Part shown: piece by piece, positions 17,884 through 26,897 of the stretch
Numbering within the stretch: position 1 is the stretch's first letter
Layout: each line of letters begins with the position of its first letter
Assembly: GCA_020852375.1 (NCBI GenBank)
Contig: JADZAY010000019.1
Location: forward strand, 15,319-79,318
Source of the DNA: Candidatus Yanofskybacteria bacterium
GTDB lineage: Bacteria; Patescibacteriota; Minisyncoccia; 2-02-FULL-40-12; GWA2-44-9
Reading direction: 5' to 3'
Length of the DNA stretch: 64,000 nt
Notes under the pieces: generated by a model
What the model was told of the DNA's origin: nothing
What the model saw: the letters and a program-made list of their open reading frames with translations, nothing else
Database searches by the model: none
Program-made: the position numbers and the translations under genes

Positions 17884-20135
17884 CGCACGACGGCATCCAG
17901 GGCAGTGTGCAAGCGCTCGGGCTGATCGATCGAGTCCTCATACGGGTGATCCGAAGCGGCCTTTTCCTGACCGCGTTTATCCCGCTGGTCATTTTTCAGC
18001 GTACGTTTTCCCCGTTCTTCTTTGGAAAAGAAATACTCTTCCGCTTGTTGATCGAGCTTCTCGCGCCGCTCTATCTCTTCGTTGTCCTGCGTCATCCTGT
18101 CATGCGGCCGCCGCGTTCACTTCCGCTTTTGCTTCTGTGGGTGAGTGTTGCCGTTGCTATTATTGCGGGGCTTGCCAGCGCAAACCCGCAGCTCAGTTTT
18201 TTTGGGACCTGGGAGCGGATGGGCGGGGTGTTTACCCTCCTGCATGGCGCTCTGCTTGTGACTATGCTCTCTGGGATGTTCCAATCGCGAGGGGACTGGC
18301 GGACATTATTCGGATTATCGGTGGGAGTCGCGCTGGTATCAGCGTTGTACGGAATGCTCCAACTGACGACTATTCCGGGTATCGCGGGTGCGACGAGCAG
18401 GTTTCGAATCTTTGGGACGATTGGGAACCCTGCCGCTTTTGCGGGGTATCTTCTCGTAAATGTGTTTCTGGGACTCGCGCTTCTGCCGTCATCTTCGCTC
18501 CGCGCGCGAACTGCCATTGGTGTGAGCACGCTGGTGCTCGGCGGCGGCATCCTACTGAGTGCGGTCAGAGGCGCGGTAGCGGGCCTTATCGCCGGGCTTT
18601 GCTTTCTTGGATACCTGAAGTGGGGCGGCGTGAGCGCGCTGTTTCGGGGTCGAAGGATGGTCATGCTTGTTGTGGGGGCACTGCTGCTCGGTGGAGTGTT
18701 GTTCTTCTTTTCGAACACTGACCACTGGACTCGCCTTGTCCGATTCGATCTTTTCTGGGAGACGATCGGCCAGCGTCTGGTCGTTTGGTGGATGGGCATC
18801 CGCGGCGCCGCACAGCATCCGATGCTCGGGTGGGGACCAGAGCAGTTTCCGTCGCTGTACAGCGTCTGGTTCGATGCGCGCCTTTTTACGAACGCCCAAG
18901 GTGTCATATTCGATCGGGCACATAACATCATTGTCGATATCGCTTCGACGCAGGGGCTTATTGGTCTCACTGTGTATGCCGCGCTTCTGTGGGCCACATT
19001 CATTCGTCTCCCTGGCGTGCTGAAGGCGGGATTCGTGGCGGTTCTTGGTCACCTACTGTTCTTTTTCGATCTTCTTCCGACGGCGCTACTTGTTGGATAT
19101 CTCATCGCTTATGCGGCGCACCGGGGTGATAGCGCCCGGTGGCGGATGCCTACCGGGAAACGGGTGCAGGGGGTCAGTACGGTTGTTGTGGTAGCGCTTT
19201 CTGTTGGAGGATTGCTCCTGAACATCGGATCGCTTACCAGCAACCTCGCGGTGGCGCGCTCATATACCGCCTTCGCCACCGGGAATGGAGTGGATGGGAT
19301 TCGTTTCGGTGAGGTTGCGATGGGACGAGAACGGATGTTTTTGCAGGATGTTCGGAGAAAATACACTGAAGGTCTGGTTGGATATGCGTTTCGCGCCTCT
19401 CCGGAAGAGCGGGAGGCCATCGGCGGTTCTCTGAAAAATCTCCTCGGAGCGCTTCGGGAAGAGATTGATCATACGCCTGACGATTATGCCGGATACCTCT
19501 ATCTGTATAAAGCGTGCCGCGCGAATCGGATGCTCTTTTCGGATGCATACGGCGACAGTGCGTGTTCTCCTGATGTGCTCACTGAGGGGATACGGCGGTT
19601 ACCGCGGGCTCTTCCGCTCCAAGACGAGCAGTACAATGGCCTCATGGAGGCGGGCAAGTTTTCCGACGCGATTATCGTAGTATCAGGCATTCGCGCGGCA
19701 CTTGAGCAGCCGTCGTCCGAGACGTTGTTCATGCTTGGGGCTGCGCGTGTATCGATGGCTGTTGCGCGTGTGCCGCACGACCCTTCTGCCCTCCAAGAGG
19801 GGATGTGGGAGATCCAGTCCGCGATCGACGGCGGGTATCGAGATGCAGGAGCGGTGCAGGCGGCGGCTCAATTATTGGAGCGTTCTCGTGAATTCTCGTC
19901 GGAGCTCGCACTTTTTAGCGCGCTTGCCCGTTTCGAGCCGCGCTATCTGGTTCCGTTGGCGTATACGCATTTGATCATCGGAGAAAAGGACGCTGCGCAT
20001 CAAATAGCCGATCAAGCACTGGCGTTGCCTGACGGCGTCCTGAGCCCGGCCGGGTTTCAGGTGCTGGCAGAGCTCTATCGTCTTCTGGGGGATACTGCCG
20101 GCAGGAGCCGGGCATTTCTCCGGAGCACCCCATGA
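17880..20135 (+). CDS. O-antigen ligase/O-oligosaccharyltransferase-like (Wzy_C) membrane protein with TPR-like C-terminus
   Basis: About 12 TM segments; GTIGNP, SAVRGA, HPMLGWGPEQF and FDRAHN motifs; helical repeat tail. Confidence 0.85.
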   Translation: MTHDGIQGSVQALGLIDRVLIRVIRSGLFLTAFIPLVIFQRTFSPFFFGKEILFRLLIELLAPLYLFVVLRHPVMRPPRSLPLLLLWVSVAVAIIAGLASANPQLSFFGTWERMGGVFTLLHGALLVTMLSGMFQSRGDWRTLFGLSVGVALVSALYGMLQLTTIPGIAGATSRFRIFGTIGNPAAFAGYLLVNVFLGLALLPSSSLRARTAIGVSTLVLGGGILLSAVRGAVAGLIAGLCFLGYLKWGGVSALFRGRRMVMLVVGALLLGGVLFFFSNTDHWTRLVRFDLFWETIGQRLVVWWMGIRGAAQHPMLGWGPEQFPSLYSVWFDARLFTNAQGVIFDRAHNIIVDIASTQGLIGLTVYAALLWATFIRLPGVLKAGFVAVLGHLLFFFDLLPTALLVGYLIAYAAHRGDSARWRMPTGKRVQGVSTVVVVALSVGGLLLNIGSLTSNLAVARSYTAFATGNGVDGIRFGEVAMGRERMFLQDVRRKYTEGLVGYAFRASPEEREAIGGSLKNLLGALREEIDHTPDDYAGYLYLYKACRANRMLFSDAYGDSACSPDVLTEGIRRLPRALPLQDEQYNGLMEAGKFSDAIIVVSGIRAALEQPSSETLFMLGAARVSMAVARVPHDPSALQEGMWEIQSAIDGGYRDAGAVQAAAQLLERSREFSSELALFSALARFEPRYLVPLAYTHLIIGEKDAAHQIADQALALPDGVLSPAGFQVLAELYRLLGDTAGRSRAFLRSTP

Positions 20136-20190
20136 CGGTTATCCACAGCCGAATGGGCTGCTCGTGGTGTAAAATAAGAGCATCAACACT

Positions 20191-20958
20191 ATGGATACAC
20201 CGACGCGCAGTCCAAAGGAGTTCGCGGTGGTTGCGGTCATCGGTTTCGCGCTCTTCTTCGGCTGGTCGCTGTATGACTCTGGTTTGTACCAAGCGCTCTT
20301 CCGTCCGGTAACTGTTTCGGCGGCTTCTTCGAGTTCGACGGCGACACTCTCGGTTACCGTTGGCTCAAATATCACCCTCACCATCGATGGGACCTGTGAT
20401 AATGGAAAAACGAACTGCGATTCGAACGCGAGCGCGAGCTTCGGCACGCTCACGGCCCTGACCAGCAATAACGCCAATACGCGTGTGAAGTTTGTTGCGA
20501 ATGATACTGCTACGCTTGCGATCGGGCGAAAGCGGGCGATCTCGAACGTAACTCTTGCATCGGATGCTAGCCCCGCCTCGATCAACATTTCAGATCTCGG
20601 AAGCGGGACCGGAACCGCGAATGCGGGGCCGAAGGCATTCACGGGTTGCTCGTCTCCGGTGACGGCCGCATGGTCGGAGGGCGTTTCAACGGGGCTTGGA
20701 TACACGGTTTGGGCAACTTCTACAGGGGGCGACAAGTCGGCCGGCTGCTGGGGCACGGGGACCGATTTCACTGGCGGGAGTGCGGCGGGGAACTTGTACG
20801 CAGCTCTTCAGGCCTCCAGCTCCGCGTCTACCGCGCTCACAACCTCTGTTACGGGTACCTACTATGCGTCGATCGGCTACCGTCTCGCAGTCACCGCGAC
20901 GCAAGCAGCAACCACCTATACCGGTAATGTCATCTATACCGGTACAACAACCCCCTAG
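20191..20958 (+). CDS. secreted WxL/pilin-like beta-rich subunit (paralog B)
   Basis: N-terminal TM/signal; ATLSVTVGSNITLTI; C-terminus AATTYTGNVIYTGTTTP. Confidence 0.75.
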   Translation: MDTPTRSPKEFAVVAVIGFALFFGWSLYDSGLYQALFRPVTVSAASSSSTATLSVTVGSNITLTIDGTCDNGKTNCDSNASASFGTLTALTSNNANTRVKFVANDTATLAIGRKRAISNVTLASDASPASINISDLGSGTGTANAGPKAFTGCSSPVTAAWSEGVSTGLGYTVWATSTGGDKSAGCWGTGTDFTGGSAAGNLYAALQASSSASTALTTSVTGTYYASIGYRLAVTATQAATTYTGNVIYTGTTTP

Positions 20959-21032
20959 CGGCGTTGTACTGCGCAATGCGCACGACAGGCGGCGCAGTTG
21001 GCTGTTTTTCTGTACGGTGCTATAGTGCCAGC

Positions 21033-21932
21033 ATGATGAGGTCCACGAGATTTTTGAGCGGCAGTATCGTTCTCTTCGCTGCTTTTTTGTGCGCATCATT
21101 TGCTGCCGCCGCTCCGGTCGGTGTTACCGTTGCTCCGATCCGTTATGCAGTGAATGTGGACCCTGGAGCATCGTATGAAGATGTCATTACGGTTGCGAAT
21201 CCGAACGATTTTGTCCTTCGGGTGCAACCAGAGTTTCAAGATTTCCGCGTGACCGATGGCAATACGATCCAGTGGGTTCCGTCCGATGTCGAGAACCCCT
21301 ATCGGATGGTCGATTGGATCGAGATCGATCGGAGCATTGTCACGCTGAAGCCCCACGAGGAGGCTCGAATTCCGTTCACCATCCGTGTTCCACGGGCGGC
21401 AACTGCCGGTGGGCGGTATGCCGCGATCTTTTTTACGGCGGTGCTGAACAACCAAGGGGAGAATGTTGGTGCAGTCCCTCGGGTCGGTGCTCTCGTGATC
21501 CTGAACGTGAACGGGGATCTTACGCGGACTGGGAATCTTACGTCTTTGGATATTCCTCGCTTTGTTGCTGGCGGTCCCGTGAGTATGAAGGTTGGGTATT
21601 TGAACACGGGAACTACGCATTATGAGAGCAATGTATCAGTCAGTATTCGGGGTCTCATTGGGAAGACCACCGTTGTTCAGGGGGAGCGGCGTTTCGTGTA
21701 CCCGAATATCGAGCGAACGATCACGGCGCAGTGGAGTCGAGCATTCCCGTTCGGCGTGTATCGTGTTACCGCAACGGCGGTTGATGGGAGTGGTGTTTCT
21801 CAAATAATGGAGCGTTGGGTGGTCGCGGTGCCGTTCCGTCTCGTGATACCGGCTGCGCTGATATTCTTCGCACTCTTCTTCGGACTGCGGTGGTTCCGAT
21901 CGAAATTTAAGATCGTACGAGCTTCGGTTTAG
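21033..21932 (+). CDS. DUF916/PapD-like Ig-fold chaperone with C-terminal membrane anchor
   Basis: Signal peptide; VDPG…ITVAN, TLKPHEEARIPFTIRVP…GGRYAAIFF and NTGTTH motifs; C-terminal TM with a basic tail. Confidence 0.75.
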   Translation: MMRSTRFLSGSIVLFAAFLCASFAAAAPVGVTVAPIRYAVNVDPGASYEDVITVANPNDFVLRVQPEFQDFRVTDGNTIQWVPSDVENPYRMVDWIEIDRSIVTLKPHEEARIPFTIRVPRAATAGGRYAAIFFTAVLNNQGENVGAVPRVGALVILNVNGDLTRTGNLTSLDIPRFVAGGPVSMKVGYLNTGTTHYESNVSVSIRGLIGKTTVVQGERRFVYPNIERTITAQWSRAFPFGVYRVTATAVDGSGVSQIMERWVVAVPFRLVIPAALIFFALFFGLRWFRSKFKIVRASV

Positions 21933-21943
21933 TGTGTGGCTGT

Positions 21944-22855
21944 ATGAATATCCTGGGGCGCACGATCACGGTCTGTGCAGTCATGTTTTTCGTGTCGGTT
22001 CCCGCTTTTGCTGCAACCGGGTCGCTTGATGTACGAGTGGTTCCATTTTCTCCGACGCCAACCCCATCGTCGACACCCACTCCGACGGCATCTCCGCTAT
22101 CTGGGGGGTCTGTGAGCGGAGACGTAAGTTGGAGTCGCATTGCGGCGATAGAGCTCAATGGTGTTGCGTTTCCGCGCGCGACCGTTCATCTGCTGAAGGA
22201 CGGCGTTGACGTCGCGCGAAGCGATGCGGACGACGAGGGGCGCTTTCGCATTGCACTATCGGGACTCGCGGGCGGGTCGTATCTGTTCGGTTTGACGGCA
22301 GTTGCGAATGACGGCACAAGAACCGATCCGTATTCGTTCGTAGCTATTCCCATTCTTGGATCCACGACTCATATATCGAATATCCTCCTTCCGCCTCTTG
22401 TCGTGGCGGAGGATAGCCAAGCGGCTGGCGGAACGGGGGCCTGGCTGCGGGGATGGACCGCCCCGGGAGCTCAGATCGAAGTAACGGTTGATGACGGTGT
22501 GTGGCAAGGCATCGCATTTGTCCATAATGACGGATCATACCGAGCTGAAGTTATTCCGAACGATCAACGTTCCGGTGAGCACGTGCTCCGCGTTCGGGCC
22601 ATCGTGGGGCGCATGGGGTCGCCGTCGTCTCGCGAGATCCGATTTGTGGTGGGCGAGGCGCTGCCTTCTGTGTGTGGTACAGGTGTGGACACGGCTGATA
22701 TTAATGATGACGGGAGGGTAGATCTGGTGGATTTTTCCATCCTATCTTTTTGGTACGAGAAACCGATCGATGCCGGGGCTCGTGCTGATCTGAATTGCGA
22801 CGGCTCGGTCACACTCGCCGACGTGAGTATATTGGCTTTCTTTTGGACGGGATGA
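21944..22855 (+). CDS. secreted Ig-like protein with C-terminal type I dockerin-like domain
   Basis: Signal peptide, PT linker and two Ig-like repeats, then ADINDDGRVDLVDFSIL…ADLNCDGSVTLADVSIL. Confidence 0.85.
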   Translation: MNILGRTITVCAVMFFVSVPAFAATGSLDVRVVPFSPTPTPSSTPTPTASPLSGGSVSGDVSWSRIAAIELNGVAFPRATVHLLKDGVDVARSDADDEGRFRIALSGLAGGSYLFGLTAVANDGTRTDPYSFVAIPILGSTTHISNILLPPLVVAEDSQAAGGTGAWLRGWTAPGAQIEVTVDDGVWQGIAFVHNDGSYRAEVIPNDQRSGEHVLRVRAIVGRMGSPSSREIRFVVGEALPSVCGTGVDTADINDDGRVDLVDFSILSFWYEKPIDAGARADLNCDGSVTLADVSILAFFWTG

Positions 22856-23721
22856 CCTCCTCTCGTTTCATTGCTCTCTGTGCGGGTGTCCTGCTTGGAG
22901 TTCTCCTGAGCCCCCTGCGGGGACATGCAGCAGAGCTGATCCTTGTCCGGGATGGCTCTTCGGGGTCGGGAGGCGTTACGGTGCGCGTCGTGGTCAAGCC
23001 GGAGGAGCCCGTGAACGCCCTTTCGGGTGAGTTGCGATATGACCCCGCGCTGTTGAAGGTTGAAGATGTAAATGCTGCCAACTCGGTCATCAGCCTTTGG
23101 ACGCGGGCCCCAGCGGAGAACTCCGAGGGGGTGATCGTTTTTGCGGGAGCAATTCCCGGAGGACTTACGCCTGCAGTGGCGGTGAACGCGGAGGTGTTCC
23201 GGGTACGCTTTTCTACTCGTTCTGCGGGTGCGACGAGTCTGCGCATGAGCGACCTCGTGGCGTACCTACACGGTCCGAATGCTCAGCGCGATGTCGTTCG
23301 GACCGCGCCGCTCTTATTGGATCTTACGCGTCCAGCAAGCGCATCGGAGCCGCTTATGCTCGACTTTTCTCCGCCAGAGCCGTTTGTGGTCCGTTTGGTG
23401 AAGAGCGTGGAGCTGATGAACGCGGCGTCGGTGCTCGTCTTTCAGACTGCCGATAAGGGTTCCGGTGTCGTTTCATACCAGGTTCGGGAGCGACGGTTCG
23501 GGATTTGGAGCGATTGGCGTGAAGCTCAAAGTCCGATGCGGATATCCGGTATCCACCTCTTGAGTGCATACGAGATTAAAGCGGTGGATGCTGTCGGGCA
23601 CGAGTATATTGCCCGGTTCACTCCTCCCCGACTGGAGGCCCTTTGGACGATCGGGGCTTCGCTCGGAGAGAAGATCTGGCACATCATGCGTTCGGCCGTT
23701 CGCTGGCTTCGTGTGTGGTGA
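22852..23721 (+). CDS. secreted cohesin-domain protein
   Basis: Signal peptide; VNALSGELRYDPALLKV…GVIVFAGAIPGG…FRVRF; then a D..PPEPF Ig-like domain. ATGA-coupled to the dockerin gene. Confidence 0.8.
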   Translation: MTSSRFIALCAGVLLGVLLSPLRGHAAELILVRDGSSGSGGVTVRVVVKPEEPVNALSGELRYDPALLKVEDVNAANSVISLWTRAPAENSEGVIVFAGAIPGGLTPAVAVNAEVFRVRFSTRSAGATSLRMSDLVAYLHGPNAQRDVVRTAPLLLDLTRPASASEPLMLDFSPPEPFVVRLVKSVELMNAASVLVFQTADKGSGVVSYQVRERRFGIWSDWREAQSPMRISGIHLLSAYEIKAVDAVGHEYIARFTPPRLEALWTIGASLGEKIWHIMRSAVRWLRVW

Positions 23722-23752
23722 TGCGCACTGGACATATGGTATACTAGAGGGT

Positions 23753-24427
23753 ATGTTCACCCATCAGCTCATCCTAGGAGTAGGCGTGCTGGTTAGTATG
23801 CTTGCGGTATTGATCGGATTCGGATTCGGGGCTGAAATAGTTTCCGTTGCCATTGCGACAAACCTTCTCCTTATCAGTACCTTTGGGGCGAAACTGATCT
23901 CTATTTTCGGGTTCGTCAGTAATATTGGAAACATTTTCTATGCGACGACATTTTTTGCTGTTCAACTCTTGCTTGAGCGATATGGCAGGCGGGAAGCAGT
24001 TCGGGCGGTGTGGGCCGGCGTGTTCGCTCTCGTGGTGTTCGTGATCATGGGGTAGTTGGCTCTGGATCTGGGCGAGATCGTTGTGTCTGGCGATGTCGAT
24101 AAAGCGATTACCACGATATTCCAAGGCGGCATCAGACTCGGAATCGCTATCGGTATACCATTTTTGATTGCTCAACACATTCAGATCGCGATTTTTGAGA
24201 CGCTGAAGCGTTCGACGGGTAAACGACTGCTTTGGGTGCGGAGTCTCGCGGCGACGGTCGGCGGGCAATTCATCGATAGCATTCTCTTCTTCTCGATCGC
24301 ATTCGTGGGAATGCTTCCCGATCCGCTGGTACTTCAGATGATGGTCGCGGGATTTCTGGCAAAGACAGGGTTCGGTGTATTGAGCGTACCGCTCCTCTAT
24401 GTAAGTCGGAGAGCTCGGCATGCATAA
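23753..24427 (+). pseudogene. yhhQ: queuosine precursor transporter (YhhQ/VUT family) interrupted by an in-frame TAG at 24053-24055
   Basis: AKLISIFG…GNIFYA..F…LLERYGRREA.RAVW.G, then after the TAG, in the same frame, LIAQ…LWVRS…GQFIDSILFFSIAF. Together 225 codons. Confidence 0.75.
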
Positions 24428-26540
24428 TATGGCGCGCTATTTTGTTTTCTGGCAGAAGATCGCATCGCGGCTCTGGCAGCAGCTTGTTCGGAGGCGCGCC
24501 TTTTTTGGTATGACGGTACTAGGACTTGTTCTTGCGGCGAGCATATTTCTGATCGAGCCGAAGATTGTCGGGCTCGTGACCCGGAACGAATTTCTCCAGT
24601 ACAGAGAGCGAGTCCGGCAGCATGCGCGCGAGCAGACGGTGCCGCTTCTTGATGGTGCGCGTGAGATCGCGCGATCAGATGCGCTGATCCATTTTATTCG
24701 TGATGGAGATGTTTCGAGCATTGCTCTGCTTGCCCACCGCGAGGGAGAGAAGCGTGGTATCAATGCGGTTCTTGTCGTGGACCGGAACGGCGTCGCGCTC
24801 TCCCGATCATATGCGGTGACACAGTACGGCGACTACACATTTCAGGCATCTCCCTGGGGCGACGCACTCTCCCGAGGGGAAGAGGTGAGTGGCATCGATC
24901 GGGGGGTGGCGCATCCGCTGGTGATGTTTGCTGGTGTCCCGGTGATGGACAACGGAGAATTTGTCGGCGCTGTGGTTACAGCATTCCCGTTATATGATGA
25001 CTACGCTAGCGTGTTCCGGTCTACACATCTCCGGGGTGGGGAGCACGTCGCGTTCTATCGGCGAGGGATCGGGTTGACCGGAGCGAGCTTTACCGACCAA
25101 GCGGATCGGAGTGCGATCGCTGCGTACCTGAACTCCGGGAGTGACCTTACGACGTGTTGCAGCGATCCGGAGCTTTTGCGTATTCACGACGATGTGTACC
25201 TTATCGGCAATATCGTCTTTCCGGGGGTGCGAGAGCCGGCTGGCGGGATGATCCTCCTTCATCCGGTGCAGTCACGCGGGCAGCGTCTCGGTATGGTTTT
25301 GGGGATGACAGTTGCGCTGCTTGCCGCTCTTTCATATCTTGCGTGGCGGAGGCGTCTAACCCTGCTGGATGTTCGGTGGGCGCTTTTCTTCTGTGCGCTT
25401 TTCTTTTTCTTTGCGCTCCAAATAATCCTGACCGTCTTTCTTACGCGCCAGGGTTTCGTGCGGGTCATGGATGTGCCCGAGACGACTTCAATCTACAACT
25501 CGACCATGAGTTTTGGTCCCGAGACCGCTGTGTTCGAACTGAACTCAGAACACCGGATCGCGATCAATGTCGAGACTGGGGGAGAGCGGGTGAACGCTAT
25601 CCGAGCCGTGGCCTCTTTCGACCCGTCACGGGTCGCCGCTGTCGGTGTCGAGTCAACAGATTCCCTGTGTGAGAAGGGGATTGTGCTCGAAAGAACGATC
25701 GACAACGAGAGTGGCACCGTTTCTGTCTCTTGTGGATTACTGGGAGCTGAATTTTCCGGCACCGATGTCTTTGTTCGGCTCATTCTTCGTCCCCTCAAGG
25801 CGGGTGACTTTACGCTTCGTTTTGCGGAAGGGACTCAAGTGCTCGCGAATGATGGGCTGGGGACCAGCGTCTTGCGCTCGTGGACGGATAGCGGGTATAC
25901 GGTAATCGCCGAGCGCTCGAGTGCTTCCAGCGGTAAGATCCCATTCACCATGTTCTCTCCAACACATCCCAATCGTGAGCGCTGGTATTCTTCAAGGGAT
26001 GTGGGCGTCTCATGGCTTTCGCGGCCTGGCATCCGCTACACCTACGCTGTCGATGCTACCGGCAGTGAAGTACCGGTGCCTGTCGGCGACTCGTCTCTCG
26101 AGGTTGTCGGGTTATCAGACGGAGCACATATGATCCGACTGTCTGCCTGGAAAGACGGCATCAGAACGGAGACAGCAGAAATCCGCCTAAAGATTGATGG
26201 GACTCCCCCCGAAGGTTTTATGGTCAGGGCGAGCGACACGAGTGTCGTCGCTGGGGATGTTGTTCGCATCGATGCTGCGGCAGCCGACAATCTAAGTGGG
26301 TTGCAAAAGAGCACGTATGTTCAGGTAGACGATGGGGTCCTACTCCCTGTGCGGCTTCCGGTTTCTATACCGTTCACACGGAAGGGGGTGCATCAGGTGA
26401 TGGTTCGTGTGTTTGATAATGCAGGAAACCATGCGGATGCTACGACCGAAATACATGTTCGGTCGCGGTCCGGTTTCATAGACCGCTTTTTGAACGAACT
26501 CCTTCCGACCATTTCGGGGTTCGCCTCCTCATTCCTTTGA
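24420..26540 (+). CDS. membrane protein: Cache-like sensor domain + TM hairpin + cohesin + Ig-like domains
   Basis: TM1; VLVVDRNGVALSRS…AGVPVMDNGEFVGAVV (Cache-like); two TMs; VNAIRAVASFDP…IDNESGTV…VLANDGLGT (cohesin); IDGTPPEGF…DNLSG…FDNAGN (Ig). Confidence 0.75.
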   Translation: MHNMARYFVFWQKIASRLWQQLVRRRAFFGMTVLGLVLAASIFLIEPKIVGLVTRNEFLQYRERVRQHAREQTVPLLDGAREIARSDALIHFIRDGDVSSIALLAHREGEKRGINAVLVVDRNGVALSRSYAVTQYGDYTFQASPWGDALSRGEEVSGIDRGVAHPLVMFAGVPVMDNGEFVGAVVTAFPLYDDYASVFRSTHLRGGEHVAFYRRGIGLTGASFTDQADRSAIAAYLNSGSDLTTCCSDPELLRIHDDVYLIGNIVFPGVREPAGGMILLHPVQSRGQRLGMVLGMTVALLAALSYLAWRRRLTLLDVRWALFFCALFFFFALQIILTVFLTRQGFVRVMDVPETTSIYNSTMSFGPETAVFELNSEHRIAINVETGGERVNAIRAVASFDPSRVAAVGVESTDSLCEKGIVLERTIDNESGTVSVSCGLLGAEFSGTDVFVRLILRPLKAGDFTLRFAEGTQVLANDGLGTSVLRSWTDSGYTVIAERSSASSGKIPFTMFSPTHPNRERWYSSRDVGVSWLSRPGIRYTYAVDATGSEVPVPVGDSSLEVVGLSDGAHMIRLSAWKDGIRTETAEIRLKIDGTPPEGFMVRASDTSVVAGDVVRIDAAAADNLSGLQKSTYVQVDDGVLLPVRLPVSIPFTRKGVHQVMVRVFDNAGNHADATTEIHVRSRSGFIDRFLNELLPTISGFASSFL

Positions 26541-26551
26541 TCCTTGCCGGA

Positions 26552-26601
26552 TCATTGCATATAGTTGGGCGCTTGATAACGTGCGCCACAGCCGTCCGTA
26601 G
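26552..26601 (+). repeat. direct repeat, right copy
   Basis: TCATTGCATATAGTTGGGCGCTTGATAACGTGCGCCACAGCCGTCCGTAG; 46/50 identical to 9904-9953. Confidence 0.9.
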
Positions 26602-26610
26602 GAGGTGGTT

Positions 26611-26847
26611 GTGATCCTGCTTCTGTTCCGCCGGTCTACTGACCTGGTGGCCTGTGAGCGGATCCTTTCGGATTTCGGTGCGTCGTTCGCTGTGTGGGCG
26701 CAGGTATTCGATCGGGTGCGCGGGCTGCATGCTGTGCGCATCGCACGGGGTGATCCAGTAGCGTGGCGTGAGGCGCTTATGCGCCTTCCCGAGGTCGAAT
26801 GGGCGGAGGCGGTGCGTTCGGTGTCGTTTTCCCCGCGAATCTCCTAG
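26611..26847 (+). CDS. small hypothetical protein (resembles a protease propeptide-type domain)
   Basis: AGGAGGTG SD then GTG; LPEVEWAE motif. Confidence 0.5.
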   Translation: MILLLFRRSTDLVACERILSDFGASFAVWAQVFDRVRGLHAVRIARGDPVAWREALMRLPEVEWAEAVRSVSFSPRIS

Positions 26848-26897
26848 GTTTGCGGGGTTATTGCATACTTCGAAAATATGTTATATAATATATCGCT

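Noticed and set aside
24053-24055. Alternative genetic code (TAG or TGA reassignment)
   Set aside because: TAG, TGA and TAA all end clearly full-length conserved genes in this window, and only one internal stop was seen.
9954-26551. Prophage
   Set aside because: No capsid, terminase, portal, integrase or replication genes. Only an adhesin tip is phage-like.
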